Source: Macrostomum lignano
Taxonomy: Eukaryota
Length of the DNA: 64,000 nt
Reading direction: 5' to 3'
NCBI GenBank assembly: GCA_002269645.1
Contig: NIVC01003746.1
Coordinates: 15,111-79,110 of the forward strand
The translations under genes were made by a program, and so were the position numbers. Shown one piece after another: positions 24,851 to 37,195 of this stretch (the stretch's first letter is position 1; each line of letters begins with the position of its first letter). Below the pieces are notes generated by a model that was not told the DNA's origin, did no database searches, and saw only the letters and a list, made by a program, of their open reading frames with translations.

Positions 24851-25569
24851 TCCCTTCGTTCAGTTTCGCCCCTAATTGGTAATAGTTGCCGTTTGGCCTT
24901 CCTATCGGTACTTTTTAGCATCATTTATGGAAGACAGTCTGGCATTTTGCACCCCGGTTCCACTGCACTCCTGCTGTACAGTTTAGGATGCGGTCCTACC
25001 CTCTCCTCTCCCAGTTCCCACTCAGTAGAAGCGGCCTATAATTGGGTCCATGAAGACATTCGTGTCCGAAATTATTAGCTTTCATTTTTCAGCAAGAGTG
25101 CATATGCCTCACCTAAAAGTTGGACTAAACATGACGTGTGATTGCAGTACCACTGAACAATCGCTATAAAATATTACAGTCTGGATGTTTGTACACTATA
25201 CAGAATATAAATGGCATTCCATTGAATCACTCCAACTGTAACAAAACAGTCGTGGGGATTTTATCGGCGGAAAGAAATTCCGGACCGGAAAAAAGATAGC
25301 AAAGTGTAAGTTGCAGCAAAGCTGGGCACTCTGTATGCTGGCTATCTGCACAGCAATCTGTAATTAAGAACTTTCTGCTGGGCACACCAAACTCGAATCT
25401 AGCAAGTCGGAGACTTGCGGCCCCACCATTCGGATCAAATATCGGATTTTTTTGGAAGATTTAGCAGGAAAGATTCATTGCTGCCGCCTCTGCTGCTGTA
25501 CACAATCCCGAAGCCCTTATGGTGTCCTTTTTGGCCATTGGCGACTGTAGGGGATAGATTATTGGATAG

Positions 25570-27008
25570 GGGGAGAGATGGATGTCTAGAAATGGAGTGA
25601 GAGATAGATGTCTAGAAATGGAATGAGAGATAGATGTCTAAAGATGGAGTGAGAGGTAGATGTCTGGAGATGGAGTGGGAGATAGATGTCTAAAGATGGA
25701 GTGGGAGATAGATGTCTAAAGATGGAGTGAGAGGTAGATGTCTGGAGATGGAGTGGGAGATAGATGTCTAGAGTGAGAGATGGAGTGAGAGATGGAGTGA
25801 GAGATGGAGTGAGAGATGGAGTGAGAGATGGAGTGAGAGATGGAGTGAGAGATGGAGTGAGAGATGGAGTGAGAGATGGAGTGAGAGATGGAGTGAGAGA
25901 TGGAGTGAGAGATGGAGTGAGAGATGGAGTGAGAGATGGAGTGAGAGATGGAGTGAGAGATGGAGTGAGAGATGGAGTGAGAGATGGAGTGAGAGATGGA
26001 GTGAGAGATGGAGTGAGAGATGGAGTGAGAGATGGAGTGAGAGATGGAGTGAGAGATGGAGTGAGAGATGGAGTGAGAGATGGAGTGAGAGATGGAGTGA
26101 GAGATGGAGTGAGAGATGGAGTGAGAGATGGAGTGAGAGATAGATGTCTGGAGATGGAGTGAGAGATGGAATGAAGATGGAGTGAGAGATGTCTGGAGAT
26201 GGAGTGAGAGATGTCTGGAGATGGAGTGAGAGATGTCTGGAGATGGAGTGAGAGATGTCTGGAGATGGAGTGAGAGATGTCTGGAGATGGAGTGAGAGGT
26301 GTCTGGAGATGGAGTGAGAGATGTCTGGAGATGGAGTGAGAGATGTCTGGAGATGGAGTGAGAGATGTCTGGAGATGGAGTGAGAGATGTCTGGAGATGG
26401 AGTGAGAGATGTCTGGAGATGGAGTGAGAGATGGAGTGAGAGATGGAGTGAGAGATGGAGTGAGAGATGGAGTGAGAGATGGAGTGAGAGATGGAGTGAG
26501 AGATAGATGTCTGGAGATGGAGTGAGAGATGGAATGAAGATGGAGTGAGAGATGTCTGGAGATGGAGTGAGAGATGTCTGGAGATGGAGTGAGAGATGTC
26601 TGGAGATGGAGTGAGAGGTGTCTGGAGATGGAGTGAGAGATGTCTGGAGATGGAGTGAGAGGTGTCTGGAGATGGAGTGAGAGATGTCTGGAGATGGAGT
26701 GAGAGATGTCTGGAGATGGAGTGAGAGATGTCTGGAGATGGAGTGAGAGATGTCTGGAGATGGAGTGAGAGATGTGTGGAGATGGAGTGAGAGATGTGTG
26801 GAGATGGAGTGAGAGATGTGTGGAGATGGAGTGAGAGATGTGTGGAGATGGAGTGAGAGATGGAGTGAGAGATGGAGTGAGAGATGGAGTGAGAGATGGA
26901 GTGAGAGATGGAGTGAGAGATAGATGTCTGGAGATGGAGTGAGAGATGGAATGAAGATGGAGTGAGAGATGTCTGGAGATGGAGTGAGAGATGTCTGGAG
27001 ATGGAGTG
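25570..27008. repeat. Purine-rich compound array: 12-mer GATGGAGTGAGA and 22-mer GAGATGTCTGGAGATGGAGTGA
   Basis: Seen directly. A marker block containing GGAATGAAG recurs three times (~26141, 26505, 26921). Confidence 0.97.
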
Positions 27009-27454
27009 AAGACAGTTGTCGACAGACAGTGCGGACACAACAATGGGGCACTGAGTGAAGCCAAAAGTGTTGGGCCGGAGAACAAATGGAACAGCAGGAA
27101 ATCAGCAAAATGGTTCAGCCGACCACATTGCAATGCGTGAACTGAAGGCCGTAAAGCCAAACAATTGTAATCCGTTTATACACTCAAGTGAAGTTCGCTG
27201 CATATAAACAGTTATCTGCAGTTACAGGCGCAATTACATAGGAGCATTAGAGAAATCACTCTAAATGGTCCGAACAGCAGATTTTAGACTAATAGTTTCC
27301 GGAATCACTGATGGAAATTATTTAGTTTAGGTTGTGCTCATTATTAAGCTGCTCAATAAAATGACGTGATCTTTTGTCCTGATGAATTTGTCGCAAATAT
27401 TGTAGGCTTTTTGTGAATTTTGTAGGCTCAATAGAGGATATTTTAGTATATGGA

Positions 27455-28378
27455 AGGTTTAACAATGGATATTACAGGTTTAACTATGGATATTACAGGT
27501 TTAACAACGGATATTACAGGTTTAACAATAGATATTACAGGTTTAACCATGGATATTACAGGTTTAACAATGGATATTACAGGTTCAACAATGGATATTA
27601 TAGGTTTAACAATGGATATTACAGGTTTAACCATGGATATTACAGGTTTAACAATGGATATTACAGGTTTAACAATGGATATTACAGGTTCAACAATGGA
27701 TATTACAGGTTCAACAATGGATATTACAGGTTTAACAATGGATATTACAGGTTCAACAATGGATATTACAGGTTTAACTATGGATATTACAGGTTTAACA
27801 ATGGATATTACAGGTTTAACAATGGATATTACAGGTTTAACAATGGATATTACAGGTTCAACAATGGATATTACAGGTTTAACAATGGATATTACAGGTT
27901 CAACAATGGATATTACAGGTTTAACAATGGATATTACAGGTTTAACAATGGATATTATAGGTTTAACAATGGATATTACAGGTTTAACAATGGATATTAT
28001 AGGTTTAACAATGGATATTACAGGTTTAACAATGGATATTACAGGTTTAACTATGGATATTACAGGTTTAACAATGGATATTACAGGTTTAACAATGGAT
28101 ATTAGAGGTTTAACAAAGGATATTACAGGTTTAACAATGGATATTACAGGTTTAACAATGGATATTACAGGTTTAACAATGGATATTACAGGTTTAACAA
28201 TGGATATTACAGGTTTAACAATGGATATTAGAGGTTTAACAAAGGATATTACAGGTTTAACTATGGATATTACAGGTTTAACAATGGATATTACAGGTTT
28301 AACTATGGATATTACAGGTTTAACTATGGATATTACAGGTTTAACTATGGATATTACAGGTTTAACAATGGATATTAC
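27455..28378. repeat. 21-bp minisatellite ACAGGTTTAACAATGGATATT, ~44 units
   Basis: Seen directly. Confidence 0.98.
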
Positions 28379-29203
28379 TAGAGGACTAATTAAAATGGAC
28401 ATTGCTCCAGCGAACCAGTTGTCGTGTCCATTGAATTCTGTATAGAACCCGTCTCAGTCTCAGCATTACGGCGCATTCCAAAATACATGTATCAACTTTC
28501 AATCTAGGTTACAAGCTTCGGGACTGTAGCATTTGCAGCATTGTGCGCAGCTCTGTGCGGCAATTACCAGAAGAGGGAGAGGGAGAGAGGAGAGAGGAAT
28601 GGGGAGATGCATTCGATGGAGCTATAGCTGGATGCTGGAAATGGAAATGCGAGATCCGGTGCAGCGCAGAGAAAGAGAGACAGGAAGAGTTCAACTCTGT
28701 CGCGCTTTGGGGTGTTAGAAAAATAACTTTTTTTATTCTCCAACGGAAACAGACGAGGCGACAGTGTAGGCCAGTGGAGGCAGCTGGAGCCCACATTTGA
28801 ATCCGGGGGCGCGATGGATTGCCGAAACTGCAGGAAGCTGGTGTTTTATTCATGCAGCTGGCGAGGCCGCTGACCCACCCTCGGGGGCGGGGTGGTCAGT
28901 TTTGACAATTTTTGTCCAGCAGGAGCGACCCGAATGTTTTTTTTCTTTTTATAATGGACGGAATGTCAGTGCTCAAGTGATTTAGATAGCTGTCACTCTG
29001 AAAGCATAGCTTTTGTCATGCTAAGTTACGATTAAAAAACTGATTACATCCAAAGTTCAGAGCCTACAGAACAAAGACTGGTTAGGCCATAGACTGCACG
29101 CAAATTGCTGACCCCTGTGCCAGCGTCTGTTTAACAATATATATTATATTATTATACTACATCGACCTGGATAAGCAAGTATACAAACTATAGAGATTTA
29201 GTA

Positions 29204-29691
29204 CACTCAGCAACATTAAAAAGTTTCCACCCTCGCGCCAGCCGTGTATATTTAGAGTTTCAAAACTGGTTTTTGAAACTTTTGAAACTGACCCTGTTCT
29301 GGGCAAGTTGTCACCCATGCTCGCGTACTTTGTTTCTTTGTTGTTTCTTTGCTTCATTCGAATCCGGATTATACGACGTATATTTGTCTATGGCTCAAAC
29401 CACGAATATCTCCACCCACCAAAACGTTGACCCTTCGCGCGCTAGGGCGGAAACCAAAGAGTATTGAGGTCACATTAGCTACTTGTATTTTTCTAATGCA
29501 CTCTATGTATATTTCTGAGCATCGGCTTTGTACACCATTCTAGCCACAACTTGTGCCATAGACTAAAAAGCTTGGTGACCGGAGGGGGTGGGTGGATTCT
29601 AAAAATCGGCTTCAGATTTTCATCCTTATTGGCACTCTATACTAGGCGACCTCAATATTCTTTGGTGGAAACTTTTCAATGTTGCTGAGTG
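29204..29691. mobile_element. Tc1/mariner-type MITE, 488 bp
   Basis: 28-bp TIR CACTCAGCAACATT(A/G)AAAAGTTTCCACC (1 mismatch), with TA on both sides. Confidence 0.8.
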
Positions 29692-30799
29692 TATATAAGA
29701 TTATTTTTATCATTCTTATTATTATACTAGATAAGTTATTAGTATTTAGTTGCAGAGTTATTAGTAGTATTAAGTATATCGATTATTAGTAATAAGACTA
29801 ACAATAACAATGATTAGAATTTAATCTGCAATTATAGTTATAATTATAGTAATTTTAATATTAATAATAATACGCTCGAAATACATGTAATGTTACATCT
29901 CTAACTATAGGAGACCAGCAAGCTTAATTAATTAGGATTGGACCTATCTCACAGTAGCGTGCAAAATTGACTTTGTCTATATGTTAAAATCTTCCTTAGG
30001 TCTAATGAATCATAGGTTTAGATCTATTTTTAGAAATTGAAAAAGACCAAATTTCTTTGTTTTTTTTATAGTGGCAACTAGCTATCAGTTGTAATCTCCT
30101 TGCCCCTCCCTTCACCCTCTCCAGCGTACAGGATTGATTTTGTCTATGGTTGAACTTCATGGTCTATGGTTAAAATCGAATCAAATACGAACTAGTGTGT
30201 CATTGGCACAAAACCTTTAAAGCCTTTGTAAAATTTGAATCTGCACAATCTCATATGGTGTCTATGGTCCAACATGATTCTGTGGAATTTACCGAATTGA
30301 AAAGTATGAACTTTATCCATAGACACGAATCCAAAGCTGTGCACACGCACGACAAGGCTAAACGAACTGCCGTAGAACTGCAAGATCCTGTCAGTGAAAA
30401 AACTGATCGAACAAAACAAATATTGCGTCGAAGTTGATACTCCACAGGAACTGGATCCCGGAGGAGCCTGGAACACTGACAGATAAAATTGAAAATGCCG
30501 CCTGTGACGGAAGTTCGAATTTACGAGTAGCAGTGATAACAGCGAGAGAGAGCTTTATTTGAAGTCACGTTCACAGCGAGTGATGTTTGCCCAGCGAGTG
30601 GCGACGCTGCGGTCCACTGTGTCTGTAAGTGTGGCCTCCTAGCGCCGGCAATGTGACTTTTCTAAGCATCATTCATCAAAAGTTCAGCTTAAAAGTGCAC
30701 AGAAAGTCGGTCGATCGGGCAACTCTCTGGATAAAATTATTTCGAGTTCAATTAAATTTGTGCGCTGGTATATTACTGCTGTGTGCAAGAGTTAATAGC

Positions 30800-31260
30800 T
30801 AAAGCTCATTGGAACTGCTGCAGATCACCCATAGACACTGCAGCTCATTGGAGCTGCTGCAGATCACCCATAGACACTGCAGCTCATTGGAGCTGCTGCA
30901 GATCACCCATAGACACTGCAGCTCATTGGAACTGCTGCAGATCACCCATAGACACTGCAGCTCATCGGAACTGCTGCAGATCACCCATAGACACTGCAGC
31001 TCATTGGAACTGCTGCAGATCACCCATAGACACTGCAGCTCATCGGAACTGCTGCAGATCACCCATAGACACTGCAGCTCATTGGAGCTGCTGCAGATCA
31101 CCCATAGACACTGCAGCTCATTGGAGCTGCTGCAGATCACCCATAGACACTGCAGCTCATCAGAACTGCTGGCAGATCCCCCATAGACACTGCAGCTCAT
31201 CGGAACTGCAGCAGATTCCCAAAAACACTGCAGCTCATCGGAACTGCTGCAGATCACCGA
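30800..31260. repeat. 39-bp minisatellite CACTGCAGCTCATTGGAGCTGCTGCAGATCACCCATAGA, ~12 units
   Basis: Seen directly. Confidence 0.96.
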
Positions 31261-31755
31261 AAATCAAAGCCAATCTGTCTCTCTTCTCTGATTTTCTGCA
31301 ACCCAAAATTTAGACAGTGACACCCCGTAAGGGAGAAATTCCAGCTAACCCCAAGCTGCAGTTTTGTTTGAGCTTCTGACAAAACTTCAGACCCACACAG
31401 AGAAATCAGAGCACAGTAATTCTATCTGTCGCACACGTGTTTGCGCTGCAACCCCCTTCCAAAGAAAATAACTTGACGTTGCATTGATTTCCGCCTTATG
31501 TATGGCCTTCACTCCTGCGTTCAATTCAACTAACCTTCTTTGCCGAGCATTTGCTCCCATTTTAGAGGCCAAAAACAATAGCCAAGGAGCAGTGTGGAGC
31601 ATTTACGCGGGGGGGGAGAGAGTCGACCGGAAAGAGAATAAAGAAATTCTCAATCAACTTCGGAGAGGCTCCGAGTTCTTCTTCTTTTTTAAAAAGAGAA
31701 AATTCCGCTTTAGTCTTCCAACTGCTACTAGAAGAAAAGAATTAATTGCTGGGAA

Positions 31756-34700
31756 ATGAGAGCCGCCGATGATGCCAGGCTGAGCCTGACTCTGCTGCTG
31801 CTGCCGCCGCTTCTGCTGAACATCTGGACGGCTTCAGCGGCCGCTGCGGCAGCGGCGCCAAGAAGTGCGGTCATCTCTGAGCTGCTCGGCCCCGCCGACA
31901 GCCGTCAGCAGCGGCCGCCAGCAGCTCCGGGCGGCTCGACGGATCGGCTGCGGCAGCCCGACCCGTTCGATGAGTTCGCCGAGCCGCGCCGGCTTGACTG
32001 GCCGGCGTCTGACCGGCGACAACGGCGTCGCCGTCAGCTGGCGGCTGAGCGAATCCGGCGCCGGCTGCTCTGGCGAATGTCGCGACATCCGCGACTGCGC
32101 GCGGCACTGGCGCCGCACGCCAGGGACAAGCGGCTGGACCGGCCTGACCCGTACAGGGAGCTGGCCAGCGAGGCCTACCACAGATTTGTTCGGGCCATCC
32201 TGGCGATGCGGAACCGCATGGTGGCGATGCACGGCTTCGATGGTGAGCTTATCTTGGAATCGTGAGCTGGCGCCGGCTTTCAGCGCCCTCACTGGCGCCG
32301 TTTTTCAGGCGCTCTCTAATGCCGCCGTTTTGGTTTGGTGTCCGAATGGTTTTGGTTTGGTGTCCGAATGGTTTGGGACTCGTGTCCGAATGGTTTGGGA
32401 CTCGTGTCCGAATGGTTTGAGACTAGTGTCCGAATGGTTTCTGACTCGTGTCCGAATGGTTTGGAATCCATCCTTAATGTTCAAGCTCACTCACTCCAAC
32501 TCACTGCAACTCGAATCCTTTCCTACGCCCAGAGACCTCTGCTATTCGCGAGTTCTTCGAGGACGTCCCGTCGGGCGACCGCGGCGGCAACTCCACGACC
32601 AGCCCCGCGCCGACCAGCGGCCCGGAGATGACACCCAGCCCGCCTGTGCGAGTCTGCCCACCCCGCTGGCGCCTCGGTGATCATCGCTGCAAGGCGAACG
32701 CCACGTTCTGCTACAAGGACTCCGAGTGTCCGGCGGACAGCCGCTGCTGCTTCGATGGGTGCAAACTGCGCTGTCTGGAGCCGGAGCTGCTCGTCAAGCA
32801 CGGTGAGCTGGTGTCGGACTGGCTGGTGTCGGACTGGCTGGTGTGGGACTGGCTGGTGTGGGACTGGCTGGTGTCGGACTGGCTGGTGTGGGACTGGCTG
32901 GTGTCGGACTGGCTGGTGTCGGACTGGCTGGTGTCGGACTGGCTGGTGTCGGACTGGCTGGTGTCGGACTGGCTGGTGTCGGACTGGCTGGTGTCGGACT
33001 GGCTGGTGTGGGACTGGCTGGTGTGGGACTGGCTGGTGTGGGACTGGTTGGTGTCGGACTGGCTGGTGTGGGACTGGCTGGTGTCGGACTGGCTGGTGTT
33101 GGACTGGCTGGTGTCGGACTGGCTGGTGTCGGACTGGCTGGTGTCGGACTGGCTGGTGTGGGACTGGCTGGTGTGGGACTGGCTGGTGTGGGACTGGCTG
33201 GTGTGGGACTGGCTGGTGTCGGACTGGCTGGTGTCGGACTGGCTGGTGTCGGACTGGCTGGTGTGGGACTGGCTGGTGTGGGACTGGCTGGTGTGGGACT
33301 GGTTGGTGTGGCCTGTGGGACTGGCTACTGTGGGACACACTATAACACAATAACACTACAGACAGGCTACTGTGGGACACTAACAGACAGGCTATTGTGG
33401 GACGCTACAGACAGGCTACTGTGGGACACTAACAGACAGGCTATTGTGGAACACTACAGACAGGCTACTGTAGGACACTATAGACAGGCTACTGTGGGAC
33501 ACTACAGACAGGCTATTGTGGGACACTACAGACAGGCTACTGTGGGACACTAACAGACAGGCTATTGTGGGACACTACAGACAGGCTACTGTGGGACACT
33601 ATAGACAGGCTATTGTGGAACACTACAGACAGGCTACTATAGGACACTATAGACAGGCTACTGTGGGACACTACAGACAGGCTATTGTGGGACACTACAG
33701 ACAGGCTACTGTGGGACACTATAGACAGGCTATTGTGGGACACTACAGACAGGCTACTGTGGGACACTACAGACAGGCTACTGTGGGACACTACAGACAG
33801 GCTACTGTGGGACACTATAGACAGGCTATTGTGGGACACTACAGACAGGCTACTGTGGGACACTATAGACAGGCTACTGTGGGACACTACAGACAGGCTA
33901 CTGTGGGACACTATAGACAGGCTATTGTGGGACACTACAGACAGGCTACTGTGGGACACTATAGACAGGCTATTGTGGGACACTATAGACAGGCTACTGT
34001 GGGACACTACAGACAGGCTACTGTGGGACCACATGCAAATCTGTCTAACATGTGTATTCCCGAATTAGCTCGCAGTCTCGCCAATACTTATAACCCTTAA
34101 ATCCCCTTCCGCAGTGTGTCGGGACTATGCTAACAGCACGGCCTACCCGGGCGACCTGTACATGCATCGCAGGGAGCAGATTTGCACATGCGACGAGCTG
34201 GGCCGCCCGGCAGGTTGCAAGGACAAGAAGCCCTGCATCGATGTTATATCGAGCTCGGTGAGTCGTCTACGGTAGCTGAATAGGTCGCGCAAAAAGTCAT
34301 CAAATTGAGTAGTTTTCAGTGTTCTTTCCTGTCAGGTTCTGTCTGGGGAAAATTCTTCGATAGGAAAGCAGTGGACCACAGTCAGATTCCTTTAAGAGAT
34401 ATCGACTAGATTTCACTGTATAGGATTTTTCAGCGAGGGAACTGTCTGTAGCAGATTTCATAGATTGTCGGATTAGCTGACTGACTTTTTCTAGACAGCA
34501 TGGAAGCTCGGATTACGGATTTTATGGGAAAAAAACAGAAAATAGAAATTCTGATTTGTATTGAGTTCAATATAGCTGTCAATAAAGTGCTTTCGAATTG
34601 ATTCTACGGCTCGTAGATGCTTCGGATCAGATACTTTGCCAGCAGATTGACATCTCTTTACTGGACTCATATTCTGCCAAGGGGGATTGTGAATCGTTTC

Positions 34701-35300
34701 AGTCAAGGTGAATTTCGTAACTCGCCTCAGTCAAGGGAATTCCGTAACTCGCCTCAGTCAAGGGAATTCCGTAACTCGCCTCAGTCAAGGGAATTCCGTA
34801 ACTCGCCTCAGTCAAGGGGAATTCGATCCGTGAATCGCCTCAGTAAAGGGGAATTCGATCCGTGAATCGCCTCAGTAAAGGGGAATTCGATCCGTGAATC
34901 GCCTCAGTCAAGGTGAATTTCGTAACTCGCCTCAGTTAATGGGTATTCTAACTCGTTTTAGGCAAGGGGAATTCTTCACATCTTAAACTTGACTTAGCTG
35001 CAGGGGGCTCCGCGCGTCCGGAAACAGCGAGGAGGCGTTGCCGCCCATTCTTCACATCGCTTCTGTCATACAGAATTTTCTAACTTGCTTGGGTCAAAGG
35101 GAGTTCCCAGACTCCTTTTAGTCAAGGAAAATTTTCAATATTGAAGTCCCGCATGAATAAATCAATATTCATTTCAGCTATTCAAGCTGCCCTTTATCAA
35201 CAACAAGACGGTGAAGCTGAAGAAACGGGAGCGAACAACGCGCCAGAAGATCTACGACGCCCTGCAGAAAGCCTTCAAACACGTGAAGAAGGTGTACTAG
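31756..35300 (+). CDS. Secreted protein, ~340 aa: signal peptide, Arg-rich pro-like region, WAP four-disulfide core domain, VWC-like Cys module, basic C-terminal tail
   Basis: join(31756..32242, 32533..32802, 34115..34257, 35178..35300), GT-AG, phases 1,1,0. WAP: CPPRWRLGDHRCKANATFCYKDSECPADSRCCFDGCKLRC (8 Cys). Exon 3: CRDYANSTAYPGDLYMHRREQICTCDELGRPAGCKDKKPC. AATAAA at ~35420. Confidence 0.8.
32330..32466. repeat. 22-bp repeat GTGTCCGAATGGTTTGGGACTC x ~6 (WAP gene intron 1)
   Basis: Seen directly. Confidence 0.9.
32807..33310. repeat. 15-bp minisatellite GACTGGCTGGTGT(C/G)G, ~33 units (WAP gene intron 2)
   Basis: Seen directly; begins within a few nt of the splice donor at 32803. Confidence 0.97.
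33320..34028. repeat. 24-bp minisatellite ACAGACAGGCTACTGTGGGACACT, ~29 units (WAP gene intron 2)
   Basis: Seen directly. Confidence 0.97.
34695..34940. repeat. 27-bp repeat AACTCGCCTCAGTCAAGGGAATTCCGT and variants (WAP gene intron 3)
   Basis: Seen directly. Confidence 0.9.
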
Positions 35301-35581
35301 CAGTAGGCTAAACTGCAATACAACTACATGTATGGGATTTCCTTCCGTTGTGCGACTGCGTTGCTCGCCATCCTATCGCACCAATCTCCGGTACACGGGA
35401 CTGGCCAGCTTGGCCGTAAAATAAATAAACTGATAGAAGACATTCCAAAGCGCCTAGTTTTGAAACAAGAGGGCAGTGGTGTATTAGTGCACGCGAACTG
35501 CAAGTTGCATCCCACGATGTACTCTTGTGTTTAGTTCATTACTTTGATGTACAAGTACAGCGTATAGAAAATATACAGCTC

Positions 35582-36407
35582 AGGCTGAACCTTAAACATG
35601 CAGAAATGCCACCTGAAGACTCCGGTCTCTGCCTGAACCTTCAGCATGCAGACATGCCACCTGCTGGAGACTCCGGTCTCTGCCTGAACCTTCAGCATGC
35701 AGACATGCCACCTGAAGACTCCGGTCTCTGCCTGAACCTTCAGCATGCAGACATGCCACCTGGAGACTCCGGTCTCTGCCTGAACCTTCAGCATGCAGAC
35801 ATGCCACCTGCTGGAGACTCCGGTCTCTGCCTGAACCTTCAGCATGCAGACATGCCACCTGGAGACTCCGGTCTCTGCCTGAACCTTCAGCATGCAGACA
35901 TGCCACCTGGAGACTCCGGTCTCTGCCTGAACCTTCAGCATGCAGACATGCCACCTGCTGGAGACTCCGGTCTCTGCCTGAACCTTCAGCATGCAGACAT
36001 GCCACCTGGAGACTCCGGTCTCTGCCTGAACCTTCAGCATGCAGACATGCCACCTGCTGGAGACTCCGGTCTCTGCCTGAACCTTCAGCATGCAGACATG
36101 CCACCTGGAGACTCCGGTCTCTGCCTGAACCTTCAGCATGCAGACATGCCACCTGCTGGAGACTCCGGTCTCTGCCTGAACCTTCAGCATGCAGACATGC
36201 CACCTGGAGACTCCGGTCTCTGCCTGAACCTTCAGCATGCAGACATGCCACCTGGAGACTCCGGTCTCTGCCTGAACCTTCAGCATGCAGACATGCCACC
36301 TGCTGGAGACTCCGGTCTCTGCCTGAACCTTCAGCATGCAGACATGCCACCTGGAGACTCCGGTCTCTGCCTGAACCTTCAGCATGCAGACATGCCACCT
36401 GGAGACT
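35582..36407. repeat. 51/54-bp minisatellite, ~16 units
   Basis: CTGAACCTTCAGCATGCAGACATGCCACCT(GCT)GGAGACTCCGGTCTCTGC in tandem. Confidence 0.98.
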
Positions 36408-37195
36408 AATTTGACAGGAATTATCTATGATATTTATTAATGATTATCAAGGCTTGAAAAACCGTATTTTTGTAGGACTTGAATGTGCAAACTAAAATTT
36501 GGTGTGCTATCATCGAATATCTAGCCGGTATTAGCTATTTGAAATTTAGGTTTTTATTTAGCAAAAAAAGTGTAACAAGGAATACAAAAAACAAGTTCGA
36601 TAGAATTTAAAGCATCTATATTAGTTAACAACTAATAAGCTGTGTGCTATGACGGGCTGTCATCAGTTCTAATGAGTGTTTTTCTCGGTTGAAATTTTAG
36701 ACACAACAAAAACACGCTTAGACAAAAAATTAACTAAAAAATACAATATAAATTAACCAACTATTCGAAACAGCGTCAATGTCAAACTAATCCTGTCATT
36801 CGAGGCGCTAAAAAAGTTCACAGCAAACTTAAAGCTAAACCAGAGAAAAATTGATATTATTATTATTGAAATTTTTAACCAAGCGTGATTTTACGCAAAT
36901 CGAAGGAAAGTCTATCGAAATAATCAATTCCAGCTGTTGCGCACTACTAATAGTAATATTCAACTATAAAAGTAGTAGCAAGACGCCCTGTTGTTTCTCT
37001 TCTTGCAAATTTGAGTTTGAAAACAGCGCAGCAAAGTATTTCATTTAACGCTGGACCTCGCCATCTCCATGGTAACTGCTGCACAGAAAGTAAACAATTA
37101 ATACGTACACGTATATATATTACTACTATAAGTAATAAGACCCCTACTAGACCCCTACTAGAATCCATGAAACAACACGAACAGTCAGAGGCGAT

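Noticed and set aside
23994-28445. Long Pro/Ser/Leu/His-rich, (RDGV)n and (YYRFNNG)n ORFs
   Set aside because: Low-complexity tandem repeats that lack stops by composition, often on both strands.
30195-30437. 80-aa ORF MCHWHKTF...
   Set aside because: No motif, no supporting splice sites, AT-rich context.
30800-31260. CRISPR-like palindromic repeats (also 23033-23410 and 35582-36407)
   Set aside because: Units are head-to-tail with no unique spacers, there are no cas genes, and the context is eukaryotic.
32803-34100. WAP exon 2 reading on into (SDWLV)n as a repeat protein
   Set aside because: A consensus GTGAG donor at 32803 and a phase-matched Cys-rich exon at 34115 explain it as an intron. 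Intron retention cannot be excluded but has no support here.
35525-36409. 294-aa (GDSGLCLNLQHADMPP)n ORF
   Set aside because: Unit lengths are multiples of 3, so frames stay open on both strands. No signal peptide or unique domain.
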